64,000 nucleotides of DNA, from the NCBI GenBank assembly GCA_020848075.1, contig JADLAV010000021.1:5421-69420 (forward strand). The letters are read 5' to 3'. The notes beneath the pieces were generated by a model. The model was not told the DNA's origin, did not search any database, and worked only from the letters and a program-made list of their open reading frames with translations. Positions 1-8,158 of the stretch are shown here, in pieces. Each line of letters begins with the position of its first letter. The stretch's first letter is position 1. Source of the DNA: Burkholderiales bacterium. Its GTDB lineage: Bacteria > Pseudomonadota > Gammaproteobacteria > Burkholderiales > SG8-39. The position numbers were made by a program, and so were the translations under genes.

Positions 1-981
1 GGCCGGCTCGACGCCGTACGCGGACTTCAGCGTGCCCGCAAGGTCGAGCCAGTCGAGACTGAGGATCACGTCGGCGGCGCGCAGCACCTCCGCGCCCTCG
101 GAGGACAGGAACGTTGCCGCCGGCGCGGCGTGCAGCGGATGATCCGTCGGAAAAGCTGCCGCCTGCTTGAGGTCGGTGAGCACGCGTGCGCCGAGTTTCT
201 CCGCCAGCGCGACGCGGCTCGACCATGCGGACTCACTGCGCCCGACGCGCCCCGCGAGGATGACCGGGCGCTGCGCGCCGTCGAGAAGCGCCGCTGCGCG
301 CGCGAGCATCTCGCGTGCCGGCCGCGCGGCTGGCGGCGGCGCGAACCGTGCGACGTCGGCCACGTGCGGGAGGGAATCGATCTGCGACTCCTGCAGTGCC
401 GCATCGAGGCACACGTAGACTGGACCGCACGGCGCGGTGTTCGCGAGCAATGCTGCGCGAAGGAGCGATTCCTGCGCTGCGGGCACCGAGGCCGGCTGGT
501 CGTCCCACTTCGTGAAGCCGCGCACCAGCGCGCCCTGGTCGCGCGCGGTGTGGATCCAGTCGATCCAGGGCCGGCGCTTGGCAGCATCGACCGGCCCGGT
601 GGCGCCGAGCACGAGCACCGGGACGCGGTCGCACCACGCGTTGAAGATGGCCATCGATGCGTGCATGAGGCCGACGTTCGAGTGCACCGCCGCGCCCATC
701 ATGCGCTCGCACGCGCGGTAGTAGCCGTGGGCGATCGCCACCGCGTGCTCCTCGTGCAGGCAGAGCAGCATCTGCGGCCGCGCATTGCCGAGGTGGTTGA
801 CCAGGCTGTCGTGCAGCCCGCGATAGCTCGCGCCCGGGTTGAGCGCGATGAACGGAAGGTCGAGCGCGCGGAGCACCTCCGCGATCGCATCGCTTCCCCA
901 GCAGGACGCCGCTCCGGCCTCGCCCGCGATCGGCGTTTCCTGCAGCAACCCCGAGGCGATCGGCTTCTTGCCAATGTCCAT
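1..981 (-). CDS. Thiamine-pyrophosphate-dependent enzyme (acetolactate synthase / benzoylformate decarboxylase-like), N-terminal part; 3' end runs off the window
   Basis: Absent from the ORF track because it has no stop in the window. My minus-strand translation from ATG 981 (AAGGAGGAGG just upstream) reads MDIGKKPIASGLLQETPIAGEAGAASCWGSDAIAEVLRALDLPFIALNPGASYRGLHDSLVNHLG..LHEEHAVAIAHGYYRA..SNVGLMHASMAIFNAWCDRVPVLVLGATGP. This is a TPP_enzyme_N-like pattern. The frame stays open to base 1. Confidence 0.8.
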   Translation of the reverse strand, partial: MDIGKKPIASGLLQETPIAGEAGAASCWGSDAIAEVLRALDLPFIALNPGASYRGLHDSLVNHLGNARPQMLLCLHEEHAVAIAHGYYRACERMMGAAVHSNVGLMHASMAIFNAWCDRVPVLVLGATGPVDAAKRRPWIDWIHTARDQGALVRGFTKWDDQPASVPAAQESLLRAALLANTAPCGPVYVCLDAALQESQIDSLPHVADVARFAPPPAARPAREMLARAAALLDGAQRPVILAGRVGRSESAWSSRVALAEKLGARVLTDLKQAAAFPTDHPLHAAPAATFLSSEGAEVLRAADVILSLDWLDLAGTLKSAYGVEPA

Positions 982-1273
982 GCTGCCTCCTCCTTGCGCC
1001 CGCCCGGCCGTGCCCCCCTTGCGGCCGCACCGGTCGATCGCGTATTGTGCCCGACCGCCGCTATCATAGCGGCGCCGACGCGCCGTCGCGCGCCAATCCG
1101 ATCCGGAGCGGAACCTCCGGGTGTGGCCGCGCAGTGCGTCGCATGGGAGGTCGACAGGCAATGGCACAGCTCATCACGCGCCGCGAGCGCGACGCCGGGT
1201 GGATCGCGCGCGCCGACTCCGCCGAAGCCCGCGCTGCGTCCACGGGAAAGCGCACGCCGAGGTGCCGCGGACG

Positions 1274-1690
1274 ATGACGCCGCACCGCCTGGACATCGTC
1301 GTGGACTTCGCCGACTGCGACCCGGCGCGCATCGTGTTCTATCCGCGCTACTTCGAATGGTTCGATCGCTCGACCGAGCGGATGTTCCGCGCCCGCGGGC
1401 TGCCGTGGGCCGAGATGTTCCCGAGCTACAAGATGGCAGGGGTGGCGCTCGTCGACGCCACCGCGAGCTTCATGGGGCCGGCGCGTTTCGGCGACCGGAT
1501 CACCATCGAGAGCTGGGTCGGCGAGTGGCGCAGCAAGGTTTTCGTCGTCGAGCACCGCATACACAATGACGGCCGGATCATCGTGGAGGGTCGCGAGGTC
1601 CGCGTCTGGGGGCTGCGCGATCCGAAGGACCCGGAGGGTCTGAAGGCGGGCGTCATCCCGCCGGAGGTCATCGCCCGGTTCCGGGACTGA
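1274..1690 (+). CDS. Acyl-CoA thioesterase, hotdog fold (4-hydroxybenzoyl-CoA thioesterase / YbgC-like)
   Basis: ORF 1121..1690 trimmed to ATG 1274 (MTPHRLDIVVDFADCDPARIVFYPRYFEWFDR...). The 51 upstream codons are Arg-rich and not protein-like. Confidence 0.85.
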   Translation: MTPHRLDIVVDFADCDPARIVFYPRYFEWFDRSTERMFRARGLPWAEMFPSYKMAGVALVDATASFMGPARFGDRITIESWVGEWRSKVFVVEHRIHNDGRIIVEGREVRVWGLRDPKDPEGLKAGVIPPEVIARFRD

Positions 1691-1713
1691 AGCGAAGGGA
1701 GCGAGGGTACGCC

Positions 1714-2400
1714 ATGGAAAACGTCTGGAAAGCGAGATTGCCGCGCATCAACGAGCCGGCGCCCGAATTCACCGCCAGGACGACGCACGGACCCCGGTCG
1801 TTGCAGGATTACCGGGGGAAGTGGCTGATCCTCTTCTCGCACCCGGCGGACTTCACGCCGGTGTGCACCACCGAGTTCATTGCGTTCGCCAGGGCGCACG
1901 ACCGCTTTCGCGCGCTCGGTTGCGAGCTCCTCGGGCTCTCGATCGACAGCACGTACGCGCACCTGGCCTGGGTGCGCAACATCCGCGAGAAGTTCGGCGT
2001 CGAGATCCCGTTTCCGATCATCGAGGATCTCTCGATGCAGGTGGCGCACGACTACGGGATGATCCAGCCCGGCGCGAGCGACACCTCCGCGGTGCGCGCC
2101 ACCTTCTTCATCGACCCCGAGGGCAAGGTGCGCGCGATGGTGTACTACCCGATGTCGAACGGGCGCTCGATCGAGGAGTTCCTGCGCCTGCTCGAGGCGC
2201 TGCAGACGAGCGACGCGCACGCGGTGGCGACGCCCGAAGGCTGGCGTCCGGGCGAGAAGGTGATCGTGCCGGCGCCCACCACCCAGAAAGAGGCGGAGGT
2301 GCGGGCCAAGGCGGGCTACGACTACACCGACTGGTACTTCGCGAAGACCGACCTCGGGCGCGCGGCCCCGAAAGCGAAGAAGCGGCGCGCGAAGCGGTAG
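1714..2400 (+). CDS. Peroxiredoxin, 1-Cys/Prx6-like (AhpC/TSA family)
   Basis: 228 aa. Contains WLILFSHPADFTPVCTTEF, the peroxidatic Cys motif. Long C-terminal extension typical of the Prx6 class. Confidence 0.93.
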   Translation: MENVWKARLPRINEPAPEFTARTTHGPRSLQDYRGKWLILFSHPADFTPVCTTEFIAFARAHDRFRALGCELLGLSIDSTYAHLAWVRNIREKFGVEIPFPIIEDLSMQVAHDYGMIQPGASDTSAVRATFFIDPEGKVRAMVYYPMSNGRSIEEFLRLLEALQTSDAHAVATPEGWRPGEKVIVPAPTTQKEAEVRAKAGYDYTDWYFAKTDLGRAAPKAKKRRAKR

Positions 2401-2402
2401 CG

Positions 2403-2533
2403 GCGGGAATCCAGATCCGCGAGCTACGAGCGCTCAGCGGATCTCCGCCTCCGTGGGGATCCAGCAACTCGTTGACTGCACACGAGCGGGATTCCCGCTT
2501 TCGCGGGGATGACGGGGTCCTTCAAAGCTTCCC
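2403..2533. repeat. REP/MITE-like element, copy 1 (core 2456..2533)
   Basis: The core GGGGATCCAGCAACTCGTTGACTGCACACGAGCGGGATTCCCGCTTTCGCGGGGATGACGGGGTCCTTCAAAGCTTCCC aligns by hand to 34999..35078, with about 69 of 79 positions identical. It contains a CCCGC-TTTC-GCGGG hairpin and abuts the hemJ stop codon. Confidence 0.85.
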
Positions 2534-2952
2534 TAGAACGGCTTCACGACCGCGAGGATCACCGCGGCGAAGAGGAACAGCACGGGCGCCTCGTTGAACC
2601 ACCGGAACCAGACGTGGCTCTTCGTGTTCCGGTCGTGCTTGAAGCCGTCGAGGAGTCGCCCGCACCAGAGGTGGTAGACGACCAACGCCGCCACCACCGC
2701 GAGCTTCGCGTGCAGCCAGCCGCCGGTGATGCCGTAGCCGAGCCAGAGCCAGGTCCCGAACGCGACGGTGAGGATCGCGCCGGGGGTCATGATGCCGTAG
2801 TAGAGCTTGCGCTCCATCACCTTGAAGCGCTCGATGCCGGTCCGGTCGTCCGGCTCGGCCATCGCGTGGTAGACGAAGAGCCGCGGCAGGTAGAAGAGGC
2901 CTGCGAACCACGTCACCATGAACACGAGGTGCAGCGTCTTGATCCAGAGCAT
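2533..2952 (-). CDS. hemJ: Protoporphyrinogen IX oxidase HemJ (UPF0093 membrane protein)
   Basis: 139 aa, multi-TM. MLWIKTLHLVFMVTWFAGLFYLPRLFVYHA... matches the HemJ N-terminal signature as I remember it. Confidence 0.85.
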   Translation of the reverse strand: MLWIKTLHLVFMVTWFAGLFYLPRLFVYHAMAEPDDRTGIERFKVMERKLYYGIMTPGAILTVAFGTWLWLGYGITGGWLHAKLAVVAALVVYHLWCGRLLDGFKHDRNTKSHVWFRWFNEAPVLFLFAAVILAVVKPF

Positions 2953-2967
2953 GGCCGCGGACGCCTT

Positions 2968-3762
2968 TCAGGAAAGCAGCCGCCGGCGGAAGAGCACCAG
3001 CGCCGCGTAGAAGCCGATCGCGGCATACGCCGCGAGCACGAGGACGTGCAGCCCGATCCCGGCCGGCACGTTGCCGAGGAGGAGCGGCCGCACCAGCGCG
3101 ACCGCGTGGCTGAGCGGGAGGCACCAGGCGGCAACCTGGAATCCGGCCGGCAGCTGCTCGAGCGGGAAGAACACGCCGGAGAGCATCGCCATCGGCGTGA
3201 TGACCAGCGTGAAGTAGTACATGAAGAAATCGTACGAGGGCGACACCGCGGTGATCGCGAGGCCGAGCGCGCCGAACGTGAGGCCGATGAGCGGGACGAC
3301 GAGGAGCGCAGCCACCGAGAGCGGCGTGGTCGAAAGCCCGAGCGCCCAGACCACGATCATGATCGCGAGGCCCGAGAGCATGCTCTTCGACGCCGCCCAC
3401 GCGAGCTCGGCCGCGACGACGTCGTCGAGCGTGAGCGGCGCGTTCAGGATGGCGTCCCACGTGCGCTGGACGTGCATGCGCGAGAACGCGGAGTAGAGGG
3501 TCTCGAAGGTCGCGCTGTTCATCGTCGAGAAGCAGACGGTGCCGGCGGCGAGGAAGGTGATGTAGGGCATGCCGTCGATCTCGGGCAGCAGCCGGCCGAG
3601 GCCGTACCCGAGGCCGAGCATGTAGATCATCGGGTCGGCGAGGTTGCCGAGCATCGACGGCGCGGCGAGCTTCCGCCACACGAGCAGATTGCGGCGCCAC
3701 ACCGGGTAGAAGCGCAGCGAGAGCGCCGGGGCGCGAAAGAGGGTCGCAGCGCGCGTGTTCAT
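2968..3762 (-). CDS. ABC-2 type exporter permease (NodJ-like)
   Basis: 264 aa with about 6 hydrophobic segments. ATG 3762 lies directly after the stop of the upstream ATPase gene (3764). Confidence 0.9.
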   Translation of the reverse strand: MNTRAATLFRAPALSLRFYPVWRRNLLVWRKLAAPSMLGNLADPMIYMLGLGYGLGRLLPEIDGMPYITFLAAGTVCFSTMNSATFETLYSAFSRMHVQRTWDAILNAPLTLDDVVAAELAWAASKSMLSGLAIMIVVWALGLSTTPLSVAALLVVPLIGLTFGALGLAITAVSPSYDFFMYYFTLVITPMAMLSGVFFPLEQLPAGFQVAAWCLPLSHAVALVRPLLLGNVPAGIGLHVLVLAAYAAIGFYAALVLFRRRLLS

Positions 3763-3763
3763 G

Positions 3764-4741
3764 TCAGTCCCGCAGCTCCCGCCCCGTCAGCTTCAGGAAC
3801 ACATCCTCCAGGTCCGCCGGGCGATGAAGATAGCGCAGCGCGGCGCGCGACGCGAGATCGGCGAGGAGTGGCGCGACGTCCTGGTCGTAGCAGAACACCG
3901 TCTCGCCCGTGCGCTCGACACGCCGGCACAGCCGCCGCGCGTGGCGCTCGGCCCATTCGGCGACCCCCTCGCCATGCACCTCGACGACGTGCGGGTCGAT
4001 GTGGGTCTGGATCAGATCGCGCGGGCTGCCCTCGGCGATCAGCCGGCCGCGATCCAGGATGACCAGGCGCTCGCAGAGCCGCTCGGCTTCCTCCATGAAA
4101 TGCGTGGTGAGCAGGATCGTCTTGCCCTGCGCGGTGAGCTGCCGCAGGCGCTCCCAGATGAGGTGGCGGGCCTGCGGGTCGAGCCCGGTGGTCGGCTCGT
4201 CCATGAACAGGATCTGCGGATCGTTCACCAGCGCGCGCGCGAGCGTGAGACGGCGCTTCATGCCGCCCGAGAGCGCCTGGATGCGCGCGTCCGCGCGCCC
4301 TGCCAGCCCGGCGAACGCGAGCAGGTCCGGGATGCGCGCGCCGATTTCGCGCTTCGACAGGCCGAAGTACCGTCCGTACACGAACAGGTTCTCGGTGACG
4401 GTGAAGTCCGGGTCGAGATTGTCGAGCTGCGGCACCACACCGACGTGTCGCCGCGCCTCGCGCGCCTCCTCCGGCACGCGATGTCCAGCGAGCCGGATCG
4501 TGCCGCTGTCCGGCGCGACCAGCCCGAGCGAGAGGCGAAGCGTCGTCGTCTTGCCGGCGCCGTTCGGGCCGAGCAGTCCGAAGCATTCACCGGCCCGGAT
4601 CGTGAAGCTGACGCCGTCGACCGCCGTGTGCGCGCCGTACGCCTTGCGCAGATCCTGTACCGCGAGCGCCGGCTCGGCACCGGCAAGGGAGGCCCCGATC
4701 GAGCCATCCCCGCGCAGGCGGGGATCCAGTGACCCCGTCAC
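3764..4741 (-). CDS. ABC exporter ATP-binding protein (NodI/DrrA-like)
   Basis: Walker [11 protein letters not shown], signature LSGGMKRR, Walker [13 protein letters not shown]. The ORF-track start at 4807 reads through a REP element (peptide SFPRKRESG). The next in-frame canonical start is GTG 4741. The start remains uncertain. Confidence 0.85.
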   Translation of the reverse strand: MTGSLDPRLRGDGSIGASLAGAEPALAVQDLRKAYGAHTAVDGVSFTIRAGECFGLLGPNGAGKTTTLRLSLGLVAPDSGTIRLAGHRVPEEAREARRHVGVVPQLDNLDPDFTVTENLFVYGRYFGLSKREIGARIPDLLAFAGLAGRADARIQALSGGMKRRLTLARALVNDPQILFMDEPTTGLDPQARHLIWERLRQLTAQGKTILLTTHFMEEAERLCERLVILDRGRLIAEGSPRDLIQTHIDPHVVEVHGEGVAEWAERHARRLCRRVERTGETVFCYDQDVAPLLADLASRAALRYLHRPADLEDVFLKLTGRELRD

Positions 4742-4797
4742 CGCGCTCGGCCCGGATTCCCGCTTCCGCGGAAACGACAACCTGCTGGAGAAGTCCC
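4706..4797. repeat. REP/MITE-like element, copy 2 (diverged)
   Basis: ATCCCCGC-GCAG-GCGGGGAT hairpin followed by GGATTCCCGCTTCCGCGGAAACGAC...GAAGTCCCC. This is collinear with the 3' half of copies 1 and 3. It ends at the stop codon (4798..4800) of the hydrolase gene. Confidence 0.7.
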
Positions 4798-5448
4798 CTA
4801 GTGCCATGCCTGCTTGACGATGCCGCGAATGAGGTGCAGCCGGCGGTGGAAGAAGTGATCCGCTCCCGGTATGACCACGACCGGCAGCTCCTGCGGCCGC
4901 GCCCAGTCGAGCACCCGGGCGAGCGGCACCGTCTCGTCGAGCTCGCCGTGGATGACGAGCGTCCCGGCGGGCACGCTCGGCGTGGCGTAGCGCCGGTCCC
5001 CGAGGTCGCCTGCGGCCACGCCGACGAGCACCATGCGCTCCGGGGCAACGCGCTGCGCCACGCGCGTCTGCACGTAGGCGCCGAAGGAGTAGCCGGCGAG
5101 CGCGACTGGCAGCTCGCCGAAGCGCTCGCGCGCATAGCCGAGCACCGCAACCATGTCGTCGGTCTCCCCCTCGCCCCGGTCGTGGGTGCCTTCGGATCTG
5201 CCGACGCCGCGGAAGTTCGGCCGCAGGGCGGCGTAGCCGAGGTCGACGAGCGCATGTGCGAGCGTGACGACCACCTTGTTGTCGAGCGTGCCGCCGAAGA
5301 GCGGGTGCGGATGACAGGCGAGCGCGATGCCGCGGACGCCCGCGGAGACGCCGTCTGCCGGAAAGACGGCGGGATGCTCGATCACCGTTTCGATGCCGCC
5401 CGCAGGCCCCGCGACGAGCACGCGCTCCTGCGGGCGCCGCGTCGTCAT
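4798..5448 (-). CDS. Alpha/beta-fold hydrolase
   Basis: ORF 4798..5988 trimmed to ATG 5448 ([22 protein letters not shown]...). G-Y-S-F-G nucleophile elbow. ATGA overlap with the ferredoxin gene stop. Confidence 0.85.
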   Translation of the reverse strand: MTTRRPQERVLVAGPAGGIETVIEHPAVFPADGVSAGVRGIALACHPHPLFGGTLDNKVVVTLAHALVDLGYAALRPNFRGVGRSEGTHDRGEGETDDMVAVLGYARERFGELPVALAGYSFGAYVQTRVAQRVAPERMVLVGVAAGDLGDRRYATPSVPAGTLVIHGELDETVPLARVLDWARPQELPVVVIPGADHFFHRRLHLIRGIVKQAWH

Positions 5449-5753
5449 ATGCGCAATCGCTCGACGATCCGGCCGTGCACGAGATGCTCCTCGACGATCT
5501 CGTCGACGTCGGCCTGGTCCACGTAGGTGTACCAGACCTCCTCGGGGTACACGACGATCACCGGGCCTTCTTCGCAGCGGTCCAGGCAGCCGGCGGTGTT
5601 GATGCGCACCTTGCCCTTGCCGTTCAGGCCGAGCGCCTTCACGCGGTCCTTGGCGTAGTTGCGTAGCTCCGCGGCGCCGCGATCGTTGCAGCAGGCCTCG
5701 CCCGGCTTGCGCTGGTTGCAGCAGAAAAAGACGTGATGCGTGTAGTAGCTCAT
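5445..5753 (-). CDS. Thioredoxin-like [2Fe-2S] ferredoxin
   Basis: Trimmed to ATG 5753. [26 protein letters not shown]...[20 protein letters not shown] shows the Cys pattern of this family. Confidence 0.85.
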   Translation of the reverse strand: MSYYTHHVFFCCNQRKPGEACCNDRGAAELRNYAKDRVKALGLNGKGKVRINTAGCLDRCEEGPVIVVYPEEVWYTYVDQADVDEIVEEHLVHGRIVERLRI

Positions 5754-5809
5754 CGCGGCGGGCACTCCTGGACTGCCTGCCGCGCGCTCGGCGTGACATG
5801 CATCTCGCA

Positions 5810-5815
5810 ATTATA
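5810..5815 (-). promoter_or_regulatory. Possible -10 hexamer (perfect TATAAT on the minus strand) for the ferredoxin-hydrolase-ABC-hemJ transcription unit
   Basis: Plus-strand ATTATA at 5810..5815, about 57 nt upstream of ATG 5753. Next to it is a GGGGCGC-GGT-GCGCCCC hairpin (5817..5833). I found no convincing -35. Confidence 0.3.
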
Positions 5816-5951
5816 AGGGGCGCGGTGCGCCCCGTGCGGACTTGGGTTGCGTGAGCGCGCGGACCGAACTGTGTCCGCGGCTGCCAGAGCCGCAGCACGC
5901 GGGCAGGGCGCGGCGCGATTAGAATCGCTTTTTTCTCCAGGAGTTCCATCC

Positions 5952-7448
5952 ATGCGTCAGGTTCGAGCCCGTTTCCTCCTCGCCGCACTCGGCGCCGTCG
6001 CGCTGCTCGCCGTGCAGGCGGCGTCGGCGCAGGGAGGCGGCCAACCCAAGGCGCCGCCCGGCGCCGAGCCGGAGCGCGCGCTCGACGTCGAGGCGATGAG
6101 CCGTGTGTGGAAGGGCGATTTCGACGGCATGAAAGAGCGCCGCCATATCCGCGTGCTCGTTCCGTACAGCCGGACGCTGTTCTTCAACGACCGCGGCACG
6201 CAGCGCGGGCTCACTGCCGACACCCTCCAGGACTTCGAGAAGTGGATCAACCGCAAGTACAAGACCGGGGCGCGGCCGATCACGGTGGTCGCGCTCCCGA
6301 CGACCCGCGACAGGCTGTTTTCAGCCGTCGTAGAAGGCCGCGGAGACATTGCCGCCGGCAACCTCACCATCACTCCGGAGCGCGAGAAGCTCGTCGATTT
6401 CTCCGCGCCGGCGGTCACGAACGTCGCCGAGGTCGTCGTGACCGGGCCGGCCTCGCCCGCGCTCGCCAGCCTCGACGATCTCGCCGGCAAGGAAATCCAC
6501 GTCCGCAAGGCGAGCAGCTACTACGACAGCCTCGTCGCGTTGAACCAGCGCTTCCGCTCGGAGCGCAAGCCGCAAGCGAAGCTCACGCTCGTCCCCGACG
6601 CGCTCGAGGACGAGGACATGATGGAGATGGTGAACGCCGGGCTGCTCTCGATCATCGTCGTCGACGACTGGAAAGCGAAGCTGTGGGCGCAGATCCTGCC
6701 CAAGATCAAAGTGAACGAAGCGCTCGCGGTGCGCACGGGCGGAAATATTGCCTGGGCGTTCCGGACGGGGAGCCCGCTGCTCGCGGCCGAGGCGAACGAG
6801 TTCCTGGCGAAGGAAATGAAGGGCGGCAAGGTGGTGGAGCAGCGCCTCGTGAGCTACCAGCGGCGCGCGAAGCAGATACGGAACAGCACCGCGGCGGACG
6901 AGTGGAAGAAATTCGAGGCGACCATCGCGTACTTCCGCAAGTACGGCGACAAGTACGGCTTCGATCCGTTGATGCTCGCCGCGCAGGGATACCAGGAGTC
7001 GCGGCTCGATCAGAACGCGCGAAGCCCGGTCGGCGCCATTGGCATCATGCAGATCATGCCGGCGACTGGCACCGAGCTCAGCGTCGGCGACATCACCAAG
7101 GCCGAGCCGAACGTGCACGGCGGCATCAAGTACATGGACCAGCTGCACGAGCGCTACTTCAAGGACGTCCCGTTCGACAAGCAGAACCTCACGCTCTTCG
7201 CTTTCGCGGCCTACAACGCCGGTCCCGGCCGCGTCCAGCAGTTGCGCCGCGAGGCGGAGAAGGAGGGGCTCGATCCGAACGTGTGGTTCAACAACGTCGA
7301 GCTGATCGCCGCGAAGCGTGTCGGTCAGGAGACCGTGGGCTACGTACGCAACATCTACAAGTACTACGTCGCGTACACGCTGCAGCTCCAGACGCTCGAG
7401 GCGCGGCAGCAGGCGGTCGAGAAGCTGAAAGCGGGCGCCGGCAAGTGA
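5952..7448 (+). CDS. mltF: Membrane-bound lytic murein transglycosylase F-like (solute-binding-like domain + SLT domain)
   Basis: Trimmed to ATG 5952 (MRQVRARFLLAALGAVALLAVQAASAQ signal peptide). C-terminal SLT motifs GYQESRLDQNARSPVGAIGIMQIMP and AYNAGPGRV. Confidence 0.9.
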   Translation: MRQVRARFLLAALGAVALLAVQAASAQGGGQPKAPPGAEPERALDVEAMSRVWKGDFDGMKERRHIRVLVPYSRTLFFNDRGTQRGLTADTLQDFEKWINRKYKTGARPITVVALPTTRDRLFSAVVEGRGDIAAGNLTITPEREKLVDFSAPAVTNVAEVVVTGPASPALASLDDLAGKEIHVRKASSYYDSLVALNQRFRSERKPQAKLTLVPDALEDEDMMEMVNAGLLSIIVVDDWKAKLWAQILPKIKVNEALAVRTGGNIAWAFRTGSPLLAAEANEFLAKEMKGGKVVEQRLVSYQRRAKQIRNSTAADEWKKFEATIAYFRKYGDKYGFDPLMLAAQGYQESRLDQNARSPVGAIGIMQIMPATGTELSVGDITKAEPNVHGGIKYMDQLHERYFKDVPFDKQNLTLFAFAAYNAGPGRVQQLRREAEKEGLDPNVWFNNVELIAAKRVGQETVGYVRNIYKYYVAYTLQLQTLEARQQAVEKLKAGAGK

Positions 7449-8122
7449 CCGTCGCGGCGCGACGCAAGGGCCGTGCATTGAGACCGTATCCGCTCGCCTT
7501 TCTGCTCGTCGTCGCTGCCGCGCTCGTCACCGGGTGCGCGCCCTCGACCACGCTCACTAACGCGTGGGTCGATCCCGACTACGCCGGGCCGCCGTTCCGG
7601 AAGGTGCTCGTGCTCGCGATCTCGAAGGAGTCGGGCGAGCGCCGCACCTTCGAGGACGAGTTCTCGGCCAAGCTGCGCGCGGCCGGCGTCGAGGCGGTGC
7701 CCAGCTACAAGCTCTTGCCGGAGGACGGCCCGGTGGCGAAGGAAAAGCTCGCCGAGACCGTGCGGCGCGCGGGCGCGGACGGCGCGATCGTCACTCGCGT
7801 GGTGCTCGTCGATCGCAGGACAGCGTATTCGCCGGGGTACGTCACGGTCGTGCCGAGCATCGGCTACTGGCGCGATTTCTATGGTTTCTACGGGTCCGCG
7901 TGGGCGGTCACCGTCCCGCCGCAGGCCTACCAGTACGACGTGGTCGTCGTCGAGACCAACCTGTGGCGGACCGCCGACGGCACGCTGGTCTGGTCCGGCA
8001 CGACCCAGACGACCGACCCGGGCGAGCTCCGCAGGGAGATCGCCGGCTACGCCGAGGTCATCATCGGCGCGCTGCGCGAGCGCGGGCTCATCGGCGCCGC
8101 GGCCGCGGCGCCCGCGCGGTAG
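7445..8122 (+). CDS. Lipoprotein, function unknown
   Basis: In-frame tail of ORF 6107..8122. GTG 7445 overlaps the mltF stop (GTGA); TTG 7478 is an alternative start. Signal LAFLLVVAAALVTGC ends in a lipobox Cys. Confidence 0.7.
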   Translation: MTVAARRKGRALRPYPLAFLLVVAAALVTGCAPSTTLTNAWVDPDYAGPPFRKVLVLAISKESGERRTFEDEFSAKLRAAGVEAVPSYKLLPEDGPVAKEKLAETVRRAGADGAIVTRVVLVDRRTAYSPGYVTVVPSIGYWRDFYGFYGSAWAVTVPPQAYQYDVVVVETNLWRTADGTLVWSGTTQTTDPGELRREIAGYAEVIIGALRERGLIGAAAAAPAR

Positions 8123-8158
8123 CCGCGCCGGGCGGGCGTTCTCGGCGGCCTGCTGCGC

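Noticed and set aside
130-1569. 479-aa plus-strand ORF at the left edge
   Set aside because: It overlaps the minus-strand TPP enzyme gene and the thioesterase gene out of frame. Its translation is Arg-rich with no motifs.
4742-4807. Extension of the ABC ATPase to 4807 (..[11 protein letters not shown]..)
   Set aside because: The peptide is the translation of the REP element rather than part of an ABC ATPase. It also overlaps the hydrolase gene's stop.
5915-5934. Terminator-like GCGATT-AG-AATCGC followed by TTTTTT just upstream of mltF
   Set aside because: The stem is only 5-6 bp and AT-rich, and the loop is 2-4 nt. No plus-strand gene ends upstream of it. The embedded TAGAAT may instead be a -10 element, but I could not support either call.
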